From: an uncultured Solirubrobacterales bacterium
GTDB lineage: Bacteria; Actinomycetota; Thermoleophilia; Solirubrobacterales; Solirubrobacteraceae
Reading direction: 5' to 3'
Assembly: GCA_963713385.1 (NCBI GenBank)
Contig: CAVQLO010000007.1
Span: forward strand, 59,020-123,019
Length of the DNA: 64,000 nucleotides
In this document: piece after piece, positions 44,733 through 55,176 of the stretch
How the letters are laid out: every line of letters begins with the position of its first letter
Numbering within the stretch: position 1 is the first letter of the stretch
Program-made: the position numbers and the translations under genes
The notes under the pieces: generated by a model
Database searches by the model: none
What the model was told of the DNA's origin: nothing
Seen by the model: only the letters and a program-made list of their open reading frames with translations

Positions 44733-46733
44733 ATGGCCTACTTCGTAACAGGCGCCACCGGCTTCATCGGTCGCCACCTCGTGCTGTCGCTGCTGGAAAA
44801 GCGCCAGGGCAAGATCTACGTGCTCGTTCGCAACGGCTCGCTCGGCCGCATCGACGACCTGATCGAACGCTGGCGCGCGACGGTCGGCGCACGCGCGGCG
44901 GGGCGCATCGAGCCGGTGCTCGGAGACCTGCGCAGCCCGCTGCTCGGCATCGAACAGGAGCGCGCCGACGAGCTGCGCGGCAAGATCGATCACTTCATCC
45001 ACCTCGCGGCGATCTACGACATGACGGCGCCCGCCGAGCAGAACGTCGCGCTGAACATCGGCGGCACGACGCACGCGGTCGAGCTGGCGCGGGCGCTGGA
45101 CGCCGGTTGCCTGCACCACATCTCCTCGGTGGCCATCGCCGGCACCTATCAGGGCGTGTTCAGCGAGGACTTCTTCGACGAGGGCCAGAAGCTGCCCTCG
45201 CCCTACCACCGCACGAAGTTCGAGTCCGAGCAGATCGTGCGCGATCAACCATACGTCCCCTGGCGGGTATACCGGCCCGGGATCGTCGTGGGCGACTCGC
45301 TGACGGGCGAGATGGACAAGATCGACGGCCCCTACTACTTCTTCAAGACGATCCAACGGATGCGCCGCGTCGTCCCCGAGTGGGTGCCGCTGGTCGGCAT
45401 CGACCTCGGCGCGACCAACGTCGTGCCGGTCGACTGGGTGGCGGGCGCGATCGACCACATCGCGCACGAGCCCGACCTGGACGGCCGCGCCTTCCACCTC
45501 ACCGACCCGCGCCCGCAGACCGTCGAGGAGCTGTTCAACGAGATCGCCGCGGCCGCGCACGCGCCGCGCGTGGCGATGAGCGTCGACAAACGCCTCACCG
45601 ACGCCGTCCCGCGATGGCCGCTGTCGCTGGCGCTCGCGCTGCCGCCGCTGCGCCAGCTGCGGCGGATCGGCCTCGCCGAGCTCGGCATCCCGCAGGAGGT
45701 GCTCGCGCACATCGAGCTGACGCCGTCCTTCGACACGAGCGAGACGCAGCGGGCGCTGCAAGGCTCGGCGCTGCAGATGCCGCCGGCGCTCGGCGAATAC
45801 GCGTCGCGGCTTTGGGACTACTGGGAGCGCGAGATGGACCGCCCGACGGGCGGACGCTCGATGCGCGAGGCGCTTGGCTCAAAGCACGTCCTGATCACCG
45901 GCGCCTCGTCGGGAATCGGCCGCGCGGCCGCATTGAAGATCGCCGCCGCCGGCGGGGTGCCGCTGCTGGTCGCGCGCAACGTCGAGAAGCTCGAGGAACT
46001 GCGCGCCGAGATAGTCGTCGCGGGCGGGACCGCCTACGTGTACGCGGCGGACATCTCGGACATGGACTCGGTGGACCAGCTCGTGGAGCGCGTGCTCGCA
46101 GATCACCGCGACGTCGACATGCTGGTCAACAACGCGGGCCGCTCGATCCGCCGCTCGATCGCCCTCAGCTACGACCGCTTCCACGACTTCGAACGCACGA
46201 TGCAGCTCAACTACTTCGGCGCGGTCAAGCTGATCATCGGGCTGCTGCCGCACATGCGCGAGCGCGGCTCGGGGCACATCGTCAACATCTCCTCGATCGG
46301 CGTGCAGGCCAATCCGCCGCGCTTCTCGGCCTACGTCGCCTCCAAGGCGGCGCTCGACGCGTTCAGCCGGGTGGTCGCCTCTGAGGTGCTCGGCGACGGC
46401 GTGACGTTCACGACGATCCACATGCCGCTCGTGCGCACGCCGATGATCAGCCCGACCAAAATGTACGACGCCTTCCCGGCGATCACCCCCGAGGAGGCGG
46501 GCGAGATGATCTGCGAGGCGCTGCGCTCGCGCCCCAAGCACATGGGCACGCGCCTGGGCACCTTCGGCGAGGTCGCCTACACGCTCGCGCCGAACGCGGT
46601 CGACCGCCTGCTGCACCTCGCCTACCGCGTATTCCCCGACTCCGCGGCGGCCAAGGGTCAGCAGGACATCGACGAGCGCGCCTCCTTCGAACAGATCGCG
46701 ATGGCCACGCTGACGCGCGGCGTGCACTGGTAG
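44733..46733 (+). CDS. Two-domain SDR, fatty acyl-CoA reductase-like (AcrA1 type)
   Basis: TGATGFIG...YHRTK domain plus TGASSGIG...NNAGRSIRRS...YVASK domain; ends RGVHW. Confidence 0.9.
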   Translation: MAYFVTGATGFIGRHLVLSLLEKRQGKIYVLVRNGSLGRIDDLIERWRATVGARAAGRIEPVLGDLRSPLLGIEQERADELRGKIDHFIHLAAIYDMTAPAEQNVALNIGGTTHAVELARALDAGCLHHISSVAIAGTYQGVFSEDFFDEGQKLPSPYHRTKFESEQIVRDQPYVPWRVYRPGIVVGDSLTGEMDKIDGPYYFFKTIQRMRRVVPEWVPLVGIDLGATNVVPVDWVAGAIDHIAHEPDLDGRAFHLTDPRPQTVEELFNEIAAAAHAPRVAMSVDKRLTDAVPRWPLSLALALPPLRQLRRIGLAELGIPQEVLAHIELTPSFDTSETQRALQGSALQMPPALGEYASRLWDYWEREMDRPTGGRSMREALGSKHVLITGASSGIGRAAALKIAAAGGVPLLVARNVEKLEELRAEIVVAGGTAYVYAADISDMDSVDQLVERVLADHRDVDMLVNNAGRSIRRSIALSYDRFHDFERTMQLNYFGAVKLIIGLLPHMRERGSGHIVNISSIGVQANPPRFSAYVASKAALDAFSRVVASEVLGDGVTFTTIHMPLVRTPMISPTKMYDAFPAITPEEAGEMICEALRSRPKHMGTRLGTFGEVAYTLAPNAVDRLLHLAYRVFPDSAAAKGQQDIDERASFEQIAMATLTRGVHW

Positions 46734-46786
46734 CAGCGGCGACGGCTCGCCACGCGGCAGACGCCAGTCTCTTGGATCATTGGACC

Positions 46787-47645
46787 GTGAGCGACGGCGC
46801 CCCGGCGATCGAGGTACGCGCGCTGTGCAAGCGCTACGGCGAGTTCGAGGCGCTGCGCGGGATCGACATCACCGTGCAGCGCGGCGAGGTGTTCGGGCTG
46901 CTCGGACCCAACGGCGCGGGCAAGACGACCGCCGTGGAGATCATGGAGGGCTACCGCGAGCGCACGAGCGGCGAGGTGTCGGTGCTCGGCTGCGATCCGG
47001 CCGATCGGCCGATCGGCCTGCGCAGGCGCATCGGAATCGTGCTGCAGTCGGGCGGCATCTACAGCCACGTCACGCCGCGCGAGGCGCTGCGACATTGGGC
47101 GAGCTTCTACCCGAGCCCGCGCGACGTCGAGGAGGTGCTGAGCCTCGCGGGGCTGGACGGCCAGGCCGACGTGCGCAGCCGCAAGCTGTCGGGCGGGCAG
47201 CTGCGACGACTGGACTTCGCGCTCGCGCTGATCGGCGACCCGGAGTTGATCTTCCTCGATGAGCCGACGACCGGCTTCGATCCCAAGGCGCGGCGCGAGG
47301 CCTGGGACACGGTGCGCTCGCTGCGTGAGCTGGGAAAGACGATCCTGTTGACAACGCACTATCTCGACGAGGCGCAGGCGCTCGCCGACCGCGTGGCGAT
47401 CGTCAAGGACGGGCGCGTGCTGGCGATCGGGGCTCCTCGCGAGCTCGGGAGTCGGCGCGGCGCACTACCGCGTCGCCTATCGCAGCGCCGCCGGCGAGTT
47501 GATCGAGCGCGAGACCGACGACCCGACCGCCCTGCTGGCCGAGCTCACCGCCGAGGCGCTCGCGCGCGGCGAGCGCCTGGAGGAGCTGAGCGTCGGACGC
47601 CCAACCCTGGAGGACGTCTACCTGGAGCTCACCGCCGATGCATGA
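46787..47645 (+). CDS. ABC-2 exporter ATP-binding protein; frameshift near 47450
   Basis: GPNGAGKTT, LSGGQ, FLDEPTTG, LTTHYLDEA; tail PTLEDVYLEL in another frame. Confidence 0.93.
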
Positions 47646-48423
47646 TGCGCCGCTCGCCGCCGGCGGCGCGCGCGTGCCGAGCGCGCTCACGCTCGCCTGG
47701 CGCCAGTACCGCCTGGAGCGCAGCATGTTCTGGCGCAACCCGAGCGCGGCGTTCTTCAACTTCCTGCTGCCGCTGCTGTTCCTGGCGGCGGGTGGAGCGA
47801 TTCTCGCGGGCAACCAGCACGGGCTGAATCTGCTCGTGCCCTCGATCGCCGGCATGAGCGTGATGTCGACCACGTTCACGGCGCTGGCCTACAACATCGT
47901 CTTCCTGCGCGAGCGCGGCGTGCTCAAGCGCGTGCGCGGCACGCCGCTGCCGACGGTCTCCTACTTCGGCGGCGTCGCCGCCAACGCGGTCACCAACACG
48001 GCGGTGCAGATCGCGATCATCGTGCTCGCCGGGAAGCTGCTGTTCGGGATCGGCTGGCCGCGCGACTGGGCGCAGCTGATCGTGTTCGTCGTCGCGGGCG
48101 TCGTCTGCCTGGCGTCGCTCGGCGTCGCCTTTGCCCACGTGATCCCGAACTTCGAGTCCACCGCGGCGTACGTGAACGCGGTCTTCCTGCCGGTCGTGTT
48201 CGTGTCCTTCTACGTGTTTGACTCAAAGAGCGCGCCGGCGTTCCTGTCGAACATCGCCCACGCGCTGCCGCTCACGCCACTGATCGACGGCCTCTCGGGG
48301 GCGATGGTCACCGGCTCGAGCCTTGCCTCGAACGTCGACGCGCTCGCCGTGATCGGCCTGTGGACGATCTTCGGCGTGTACTTCGCGGTGCGCGGCTTCT
48401 CCTGGGAGCAGCGGCGCGGATAG
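47638..48423 (+). CDS. ABC-2 type permease
   Basis: RNPSAAFF, RERGVLKRVRGTPL, six TM helices. Confidence 0.92.
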   Translation: MHDAPLAAGGARVPSALTLAWRQYRLERSMFWRNPSAAFFNFLLPLLFLAAGGAILAGNQHGLNLLVPSIAGMSVMSTTFTALAYNIVFLRERGVLKRVRGTPLPTVSYFGGVAANAVTNTAVQIAIIVLAGKLLFGIGWPRDWAQLIVFVVAGVVCLASLGVAFAHVIPNFESTAAYVNAVFLPVVFVSFYVFDSKSAPAFLSNIAHALPLTPLIDGLSGAMVTGSSLASNVDALAVIGLWTIFGVYFAVRGFSWEQRRG

Positions 48424-48483
48424 GCGGCCCTGGCAGCGGCGGCGACCCCCGTCCTGCGCGTGGGTGATAATTGCGTCGGCGCC

Positions 48484-49272
48484 ATGGCAGATGCCCTCTT
48501 CACGCGCTCGGCCGACGACTGCTACATCCCGAGCGACCACGCGCGCGGCCCGTGGGACCAGGACGCGCTGCACGGCGGCGCGCCGGCCGCGATGATCACG
48601 CGCGAGTTCGAGCGCATGGAGCCGGGCTCGCAGCTGGCGATCGCGCGGCTTGGCTTCGAGTTCCTCAAACCGATCCGCTTCGAGCCGCTGCAGCTGAGCA
48701 CGGAGATCGTGCGCGACGGGCGGCGCGTGCAGTGGCTGGGCGCCGAGCTGAGGGCCGGCTCTGAGCTGATCTGCAAAGCCAGCGCGCTGCGCATCCAGGA
48801 AGTGCCGCCGGGGCTCCCCCGCAACGGACCCCCGGCCGCCCACACGATCCCCGGACCCGACGAGGGCACGGTGCAGGCGTTCGCGCTCAACGACTCCCCG
48901 GCCGCCAGCCTCGCCACGACGGGCATGGAGATGAGCTGGCTCAGCGACCCGTCGACGCCCGGCCCCGAGCGTGTCTGGATGCGTCCTCGGCTGAACTTCC
49001 TGCCCGACGAGCCGGCCACGCCGCTGATGCGCCTCGCCGGCGTCGCCGACTTCGGCAACGGCGTCAGCGCCGAGCTGCCCTTCGACGACTACTTCTTCAT
49101 CAACGCCGACCTGGACATCCACCTGTGGCGGCGCCCGGCCGGCGAGTGGATCGGCCTGGACGCGCGCACGCTGCTGACCGAGAACGGCATCGGCACCGCC
49201 GAAAGCGTCCTGCACGACCTCGACGGCCCCGTCGCGCAGGCCTTCCAGACGCTCGTCGTGCAGCCGCGCTGA
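48484..49272 (+). CDS. TesB-like thioesterase family protein
   Basis: GPWDQDALHGG, ADFGNG, FINADL. Confidence 0.9.
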   Translation: MADALFTRSADDCYIPSDHARGPWDQDALHGGAPAAMITREFERMEPGSQLAIARLGFEFLKPIRFEPLQLSTEIVRDGRRVQWLGAELRAGSELICKASALRIQEVPPGLPRNGPPAAHTIPGPDEGTVQAFALNDSPAASLATTGMEMSWLSDPSTPGPERVWMRPRLNFLPDEPATPLMRLAGVADFGNGVSAELPFDDYFFINADLDIHLWRRPAGEWIGLDARTLLTENGIGTAESVLHDLDGPVAQAFQTLVVQPR

Positions 49273-49300
49273 CAGCGCGGTGCAGATCGCGCTGCAGGCC

Positions 49301-50248
49301 TCAGCCGTGCGGGACGCGCGAGACGGCGTCGAGCTGCGCCAGCTCTGACTCGGACAGCTCGAGCGTCGCCGACGCGGTCAGCTCGCCGATCTGCGCGACG
49401 GACGTCGCGCTGGCGATCGGCGCGACGACGGTGCGCTGAAGCCTCAGCCAAGCGAGCGCCACGGTGGCCGGCGCCGTGTCGTGACCGGCTGCGATCTGGT
49501 CGAGGCTGTCGAGCACGGCCAGCCCGCGATCGTTGAGGTAGCGATCGCGCACGCCCGACGCGCGCGGGCTGTCGACAGATTCATCGCCGCGACGGTACTT
49601 ACCGGTGAGAAAGCCGCTCGCGAGGCCGTAGTAGGGCAGGCAGGCCAGGCCGGCGCTCGCGCACACGTCGGCCAGCTCGCCCTCGTACTGATCGCGCTCC
49701 AGCAGGTTGTAGAGCGGCTGCAGCGCCACATACGAGGCCATGCCCTCGCGCTCGCCCACGTCGAGTGCCTCACGCAGCCGCGCGGCGCTGTAATTCGACG
49801 CGGCCGCGTAGCGGATCTTGCCGTCGTCGATCAGCGACTGCATCGTGGCGAGCGTCTCTGACAGGGGCGTGTCGGGATCGTCGCGATGGGCGTAGTAGAG
49901 GTCCACGCGGTCGATACCCAGGCGCTGCAGCGAGCCATCGATCGCGTCGGAGATGACGCTCTCAGACAGGCCGGGGCGCTCGCGCGACATGCCGACCTTG
50001 GTCGCGATCACAAGCTGCGAGCGGTTGCCGCGCGCGGCCATCCAGCGGCCGATGATGCGCTCGGAGATGCCCGCCCCCGCGGGCGTCCAGTGGCCGTAGG
50101 AGTCCGCCGTGTCGATGAAGTTGCCGCCCGCCTGCACATAGGCGTCGAGCACTTCGAATGAGCGCGGCTCGTCGAGCGTCCAGCCGAACACGTTGCCGCC
50201 GAGGCACAGCTCGAAGACCTCCAGATCGGTGTTGCCCAGACGCGCGAT
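49301..50248 (-). CDS. Aldo/keto reductase
   Basis: LGNTDLEV..LCLGGNVFGW, DTADSY, IATKVG, DLYYAH, QPLYNL; the conserved frame extends upstream of the ORF call to about 50248. Confidence 0.94.
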   Translation of the reverse strand: MARLGNTDLEVFELCLGGNVFGWTLDEPRSFEVLDAYVQAGGNFIDTADSYGHWTPAGAGISERIIGRWMAARGNRSQLVIATKVGMSRERPGLSESVISDAIDGSLQRLGIDRVDLYYAHRDDPDTPLSETLATMQSLIDDGKIRYAAASNYSAARLREALDVGEREGMASYVALQPLYNLLERDQYEGELADVCASAGLACLPYYGLASGFLTGKYRRGDESVDSPRASGVRDRYLNDRGLAVLDSLDQIAAGHDTAPATVALAWLRLQRTVVAPIASATSVAQIGELTASATLELSESELAQLDAVSRVPHG

Positions 50249-50269
50249 GCGAGCAGCCTAGCCGAGGCG

Positions 50270-53200
50270 CTAGCGCCGCCGTCCCGCGGCGAAGCTCTGC
50301 ACGGGCGGCGTCACCGCGCGCATGTCGGCCGCGACCTCGGCCCCCGCAAGCTCATCCTCGCCGGCGCGGTCCGGCGCCGCGCCGCGGCCGGCGAGACGGT
50401 GCACCTGCGCCTCGGCCGCTGCCTCGCCGGGGTGCGTCGCGCCGGCGGGCAGGAAGCGCTCGAGCGCGTGCAGCTCCTTCACGATCACGTTGAGGATCGC
50501 CGGCACCGCATCGCGCGCTTGCTCGCGCTGTGCGGCCGACTGCGCCAGCGAGGTGGTGAAGGTGTCGTGGCGCTCCAGCCGCCCCCTGGCGAGCAGCAGC
50601 GGCTCGGCGCGCGCCAGCTGGCGGTGGCGCTCATAGACCGCACGGGGGACGATCAGGTTGATCGTCCCCCACTCGTCCTCGAAGAGCAGGAACATCGTCC
50701 CCTTTGCCGTCCCGGGCCGCTGACGGGCGATCACCAGCCCGGCCACCGCCACCGAGCAGCCCGCCGGCAGGCGCGCGAGCTGGGCGCTGGTGGCCAGCAT
50801 GCGGGCGCTCAGCCGCGGACGCAGAGCGGCCATCACGTGGTCATCGACGGTCACCCCGCTGCTCGCGTAGTCGGCGACCAGCCGCTGCCAGCGACTCAGC
50901 GCCCGCAGGCGCGGCGGGTCGGGCAGCTCCAGGGGCAGCGAGAGCTGGGTGCCGGCGTCCGCCGTCCTGCCCGGGGCCGCGATCCCCAGCTGCCAGAGGG
51001 CCATCCTCCTGCGCTCGGCGGGCGGCCCGAGCGCTCCGGGATCGATCAGGTCGTCACACGCGCCCGCCCAGGCGAGCTGGGAAAGCGTCACGCGCCCGAC
51101 ACCGGCGCGCGCGGCGAGATCGCCGAGCGTGGAAAACGCCCCCGCTCGCTCGCGCTCGGCCACCAGCTCCGCCACCTCCTTCACAACCGCGCCCTTGACG
51201 TAGCCGAGACCGAGACGCACGGCGCCGCCCTGCACCGTGCACTGCGCCTCGGATGCGTTCACGTCGGGCCGCAGCACCTCGATCCCGCGCCGCTGCGCCT
51301 CGTGCACGAGGCTGTCGGGCGCGTAGAAGCCCATCGGCTGCTCGTTGAGCAGCGCGCACAGGAACTCGGGGCCGTAGTGAACGCGCAGCCACGTCGACTG
51401 GTAGGCGAGCAGGCCGAAGGCGGCGGCATGCGCCTTGGGGAAGCCAAAGCCGGCGAAGCCGGCCACCATCGCCCAAACGCGCTGCGCCGTGGCCGCGTCG
51501 GCCCCCACGTGACGCCGCGCGCCCTCGATGAAGCGCTCGCGATGACCGTCGAGCACCTCCGCCGAGCGCTTGCGGCTCATCGCCCGGCGCAGCCCGCCGG
51601 CCTCGCCCGCCGAGAAGCCGGCGAAGACTTCGGCCACCTGCATGACCTGGTCCTGGAAGATGATCGTGCCGAGCGTCTCGGCGAGCACCGGCTCGAGCGC
51701 CGGATGGTCGTAGGGGACTTGAAAGGAGGGGTCTTCGCGCAGGCGCTGGCGACGCTGCATGTAGGGATGGACCGCTCCGCCCTGGATCGGCCCCGGGCGC
51801 ACGATCGCCACCTGCGTGACGAGGTCGTCCAGGTTCTGCGGGCGCGTGCGGCGCAGCGACTGCATCTGCGCGCGGCTCTCGATCTGGAACACGCCCACGG
51901 TGTCGGCTCTGCGGATCGCCCGGAAGGTCTGCGGCTCGTCGAAGCGGATGCGCGAGAGGTCGATGCGCTCGCCGCGCGTGTCGGCGATTTCCTGCACGCA
52001 ACGCTCGACCGCCGAGAGCATGCCCAGCCCCAGCAGGTCGATCTTCAAAAAGCCGGCGTCGGCGCAGGAGTCCTTGTCCCACTGCACCATCTGCCTGCCC
52101 GCCATCGCCGCCGGCACCACCGGGCAGCAGTCGATCAGCGGGCGCGTGGCCAGCACCATGCCCCCGGAGTGCTGGGAGAGGTGACGAGGCAGCCGGTGGG
52201 CCTCATCCACCAGACGCTCAAGCCAACGCCAGCGCACCGATCGCCCGTCCCCCGCCCTGCTGCGCGAGACGCCTCCAAGGACGGTTTGGATGTCGTGCTC
52301 GGCCACCCATCCATCGCTGTCGCTGCCGCGCGCCGCGCGCTCGATCTCGCCAGCCGGCAGGCCCAGCACCTTGCCGAGCTCGCGGATCGCTCCACGCGCG
52401 CGAAAGGTCGGAAAGGCGGCCACGAGCGCGGTGCGCTCATGGCCGTAGCGCTCGTGCACACGCGGGATCAGGACCTCGCGGACGTCGCGCGGGAAGTCGA
52501 GGTCGATGTCGGGCAAATCGCTCAGCTCCTCGTGCAGGAAGCGCCCGAGCGCCAGCCTGTTGGCCACGGGATCGATGTGCGACAGGCCGGTCAGGTAGCA
52601 GACGATCGAGGAGACCGACGAGCCCCGCCCGCGTCCGGGCGCCAGCAGGGCACGCGCCGAGCTCGCTCCGCGCACCTCGACGGCGACCTCGCGCGCCAGC
52701 TGGAGCATGTCGTGGTGCAGCAGGAAGAAGCCCGCCAGTCCGAGCTTCTCGATCACGCCGAGCTCCTGCTCCAGGCGCTCGGTCGCCTGGCCCAGGAGAC
52801 CTGCCCCCGCGCCGCTGCCCGGCCCGTAGCGATCGACCAGCCGCGCCCTGCAAAGCTCGACCAGACGCCGCTGCGAGGTCGCGTCCTCGGCGCCGGGATA
52901 GCGGTAGCCGAGGTCCTCGGTCAGGTCGAAGCGCAGCTCCTGCGCCAGCGCCACCGACTCACGCACCGCATCTGGATGATCGGCAAAGCGGCTGACCATC
53001 GCCTGCGGCGAGCTCATCACGTGGCTGTGGTTGCCGCGGCGCAGCGGCTCGGAGGCGTCGAGCGTCGTGTGGTGGCGCAGCGCCACGAAAGCATCCTGCA
53101 GCGGCGCGCGCGTGCGTACGTGCGCGTGCACGTCGCCGGTCGCAACGCAGGCCACCCCCAGCCGCCGGGCCAGCGCCGCCAGCGCGCGGTTGCGCGCACG

Positions 53201-53731
53201 ATCGCGGCGGGCGTAGGGGCGCTGGAGCTCCACGCGCAGACCCTCCGGGCCGAAGGCGTCGAGCAGCCTGCGCGCGCTGCGCTCGTCGTGCACGCCGCGC
53301 GCGGCACAGCCGGTCAGGCACACCAGGCCCTCGGCGTGATCGAGCACCGCCTGCAACGCGATCGAGGGCTCTGCGCGCTCGCGACGCTCGCGCGTGCGGG
53401 CATGCGCGAGCGTGAGGATCCGGCAGAGGTTCCTCCAGCCGCGCGCGTCGCGCACGAGCAGCGTCAGGTGACGAGAAGCCTCGGACTCGCCCGCGCCTGG
53501 CGCAGCGTCGTCCACGTCGACCTCCGCCCCGTGGATCGCGCGCAGCGAGACGTTCTTCAGCGCCATCGCCAGCTCCATCGATCCAGACACCGAGTTGTGG
53601 TCGGTGAGCGCCAGCGCGTCGTAGCCGAGCTCCTGCGCCATCGCCGCCAGCTCCTGCGGCAGCGACACGCCATCCAGAAAGGAATAGGCGGAGTGGCAGT
53701 GCAGCTCGGCATAGGGCGCTGTCCCGGACAT
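50270..53731 (-). CDS. dnaE2: Error-prone DNA polymerase DnaE2
   Basis: YAELHCHSAYSFLDG, GRGS, PDIDLDF, KIDLLGLGML, GFPKAHAAAF, NEQPMGFY, RQRPGTAKG. Confidence 0.96.
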   Translation of the reverse strand: MSGTAPYAELHCHSAYSFLDGVSLPQELAAMAQELGYDALALTDHNSVSGSMELAMALKNVSLRAIHGAEVDVDDAAPGAGESEASRHLTLLVRDARGWRNLCRILTLAHARTRERRERAEPSIALQAVLDHAEGLVCLTGCAARGVHDERSARRLLDAFGPEGLRVELQRPYARRDRARNRALAALARRLGVACVATGDVHAHVRTRAPLQDAFVALRHHTTLDASEPLRRGNHSHVMSSPQAMVSRFADHPDAVRESVALAQELRFDLTEDLGYRYPGAEDATSQRRLVELCRARLVDRYGPGSGAGAGLLGQATERLEQELGVIEKLGLAGFFLLHHDMLQLAREVAVEVRGASSARALLAPGRGRGSSVSSIVCYLTGLSHIDPVANRLALGRFLHEELSDLPDIDLDFPRDVREVLIPRVHERYGHERTALVAAFPTFRARGAIRELGKVLGLPAGEIERAARGSDSDGWVAEHDIQTVLGGVSRSRAGDGRSVRWRWLERLVDEAHRLPRHLSQHSGGMVLATRPLIDCCPVVPAAMAGRQMVQWDKDSCADAGFLKIDLLGLGMLSAVERCVQEIADTRGERIDLSRIRFDEPQTFRAIRRADTVGVFQIESRAQMQSLRRTRPQNLDDLVTQVAIVRPGPIQGGAVHPYMQRRQRLREDPSFQVPYDHPALEPVLAETLGTIIFQDQVMQVAEVFAGFSAGEAGGLRRAMSRKRSAEVLDGHRERFIEGARRHVGADAATAQRVWAMVAGFAGFGFPKAHAAAFGLLAYQSTWLRVHYGPEFLCALLNEQPMGFYAPDSLVHEAQRRGIEVLRPDVNASEAQCTVQGGAVRLGLGYVKGAVVKEVAELVAERERAGAFSTLGDLAARAGVGRVTLSQLAWAGACDDLIDPGALGPPAERRRMALWQLGIAAPGRTADAGTQLSLPLELPDPPRLRALSRWQRLVADYASSGVTVDDHVMAALRPRLSARMLATSAQLARLPAGCSVAVAGLVIARQRPGTAKGTMFLLFEDEWGTINLIVPRAVYERHRQLARAEPLLLARGRLERHDTFTTSLAQSAAQREQARDAVPAILNVIVKELHALERFLPAGATHPGEAAAEAQVHRLAGRGAAPDRAGEDELAGAEVAADMRAVTPPVQSFAAGRRR

Positions 53732-53740
53732 CGACGTCGC

Positions 53741-53986
53741 TCATGCCGACTGGGTGAACCAGCCGCCGCAGCGCAGATCGCGAAAGACGACGAAGTTGCG
53801 CCCGCGCACGCTCAGGAGCTCCCAGTAGCGGCGGCGCAACGGCCGCTCGGTCCACCAGCGATCCTCCACCAGCCAGGACTCGCGCACATGCTCGACGGCC
53901 TCGCCATCCACCTCCACCGGAAAGCCGTGGCGCTCGTGGCGCACTCGCGCCGGACGGGGCAGGCCGAGGGAGCGCGCGCGGCTCAT
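53741..53986 (-). CDS. Stand-alone ImuB C-terminal-like protein (81 aa)
   Basis: ESWLVEDRWW...RRRYWEL...VFRDL..GGWF; ATGA overlap with imuB. Confidence 0.8.
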   Translation of the reverse strand: MSRARSLGLPRPARVRHERHGFPVEVDGEAVEHVRESWLVEDRWWTERPLRRRYWELLSVRGRNFVVFRDLRCGGWFTQSA

Positions 53987-55176
53987 CTGGAGAACGGCGT
54001 CAGCACGAACCTGCGCTCGGGCACACGCGAGTCTCGATCCACGCACAGGGCGCGCAGCGCCGCCTCGGGCCCGGCGGCGACACACACTTGCGCCACGGCG
54101 TCGCGCAGACGCTCGAGGCGAACCTGGCGCCCCTCTTCCAGCAGCGCTCGCTGCTCGCCGTCCGGCGGCCCGAAGCGCTCCACGCTCAGCGTCAGCGCCT
54201 CGACGGGCGCGGGCAGCGAAGACAGGCGCGGACAGAGCGCCAGGCGCATGCGGTGGGGATCGCTGAGCGGTTGGCGGAACACCACCTGCTCGCGCCACGT
54301 GCCCTCCCCCACCAGCCGCGCCGCGAGCGACACCGCCCGCAGCGTCCGCCCGCGGCGAGCGGGCGCCGCGAGCAGCCGGTCGACGAGGACTCCGAGGACA
54401 CGTTCGAGCACCGGTCCAGAGCCGGCGTCGCCCACCTCCATGACCTCCTCCAGCCGATCCCGCACGACGCGTGGCGTGAGCGGCGTGTCCTGGCCACAGG
54501 CCAGGCGGTGCGCGAGCACGCCCGCCTCGCCGAAGCGGTCTGAGAGAGCGTCGCGCGGCAGTTGCGCGAGCTCGCCGAGCGTGCGCACGCCAAGACGGCC
54601 AAGCGGCTGCACCAGCTGCTCGGTCTCCCGGCGGTAGCGCAGCAGGCCCACCGGTGAGCTCGCCAGATGTCCGCGCGCGCGGTCGTCCTCCACGATCACC
54701 GTACGACGCGCGCTGGCCGCGAGCGCGGCGGCCAGCGCGCAGAAGCGGGTCGGCCCGGCGCCCACGTGCGCCGACCGGCCGCCGACCGGCGCACGCAGCG
54801 CGCGCCGCGCGGCGGCGACCGTCCCCGATATCCCGCCATGCAGCCCCGCCAGCCCGTCTGCCTGAAAGTAGGCAAGGCCCGAGCCGGCCGGCTCGACCGC
54901 CGCCCCGATGCCCTCCAGGGCGACGATCAGCTCCTCCCAGGCCTGCGCCACCCCCAGCGGATCGGCTGCCACCAGGACGAGATCGGGGCAGCGCGCAAGC
55001 GCCTCGCCCAGCCCCATCCCCGCGACGACCCCGCGCGCCTCTGCGGCGCCCGAGGTCTCCCCCACGCGCTGGTCGGGCACCTGAGGGGCGATCGCCAGCG
55101 CACGCCCGGTGAGCGCCTCCGGGCCTCCGGCGGCGAGCACCAGCGCAAAGCGGGGAAGATGGACGCACACGACCAT
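53983..55176 (-). CDS. imuB: ImuB, catalytically inactive Y-family polymerase
   Basis: SGAAEARGVVAGMGLGEALARCP, LGVRTLGELAQL, RFG; no catalytic DxD/SIDE; upstream of dnaE2. Confidence 0.88.
   Translation of the reverse strand: MVVCVHLPRFALVLAAGGPEALTGRALAIAPQVPDQRVGETSGAAEARGVVAGMGLGEALARCPDLVLVAADPLGVAQAWEELIVALEGIGAAVEPAGSGLAYFQADGLAGLHGGISGTVAAARRALRAPVGGRSAHVGAGPTRFCALAAALAASARRTVIVEDDRARGHLASSPVGLLRYRRETEQLVQPLGRLGVRTLGELAQLPRDALSDRFGEAGVLAHRLACGQDTPLTPRVVRDRLEEVMEVGDAGSGPVLERVLGVLVDRLLAAPARRGRTLRAVSLAARLVGEGTWREQVVFRQPLSDPHRMRLALCPRLSSLPAPVEALTLSVERFGPPDGEQRALLEEGRQVRLERLRDAVAQVCVAAGPEAALRALCVDRDSRVPERRFVLTPFSR

Noticed and set aside
50399-54637. 1412-aa plus-strand ORF and other long antisense ORFs (e.g. 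60552..62141, 42392..43927)
   Set aside because: Shadow frames opposite well-supported genes; expected in high-GC DNA and lacking recognisable motifs.
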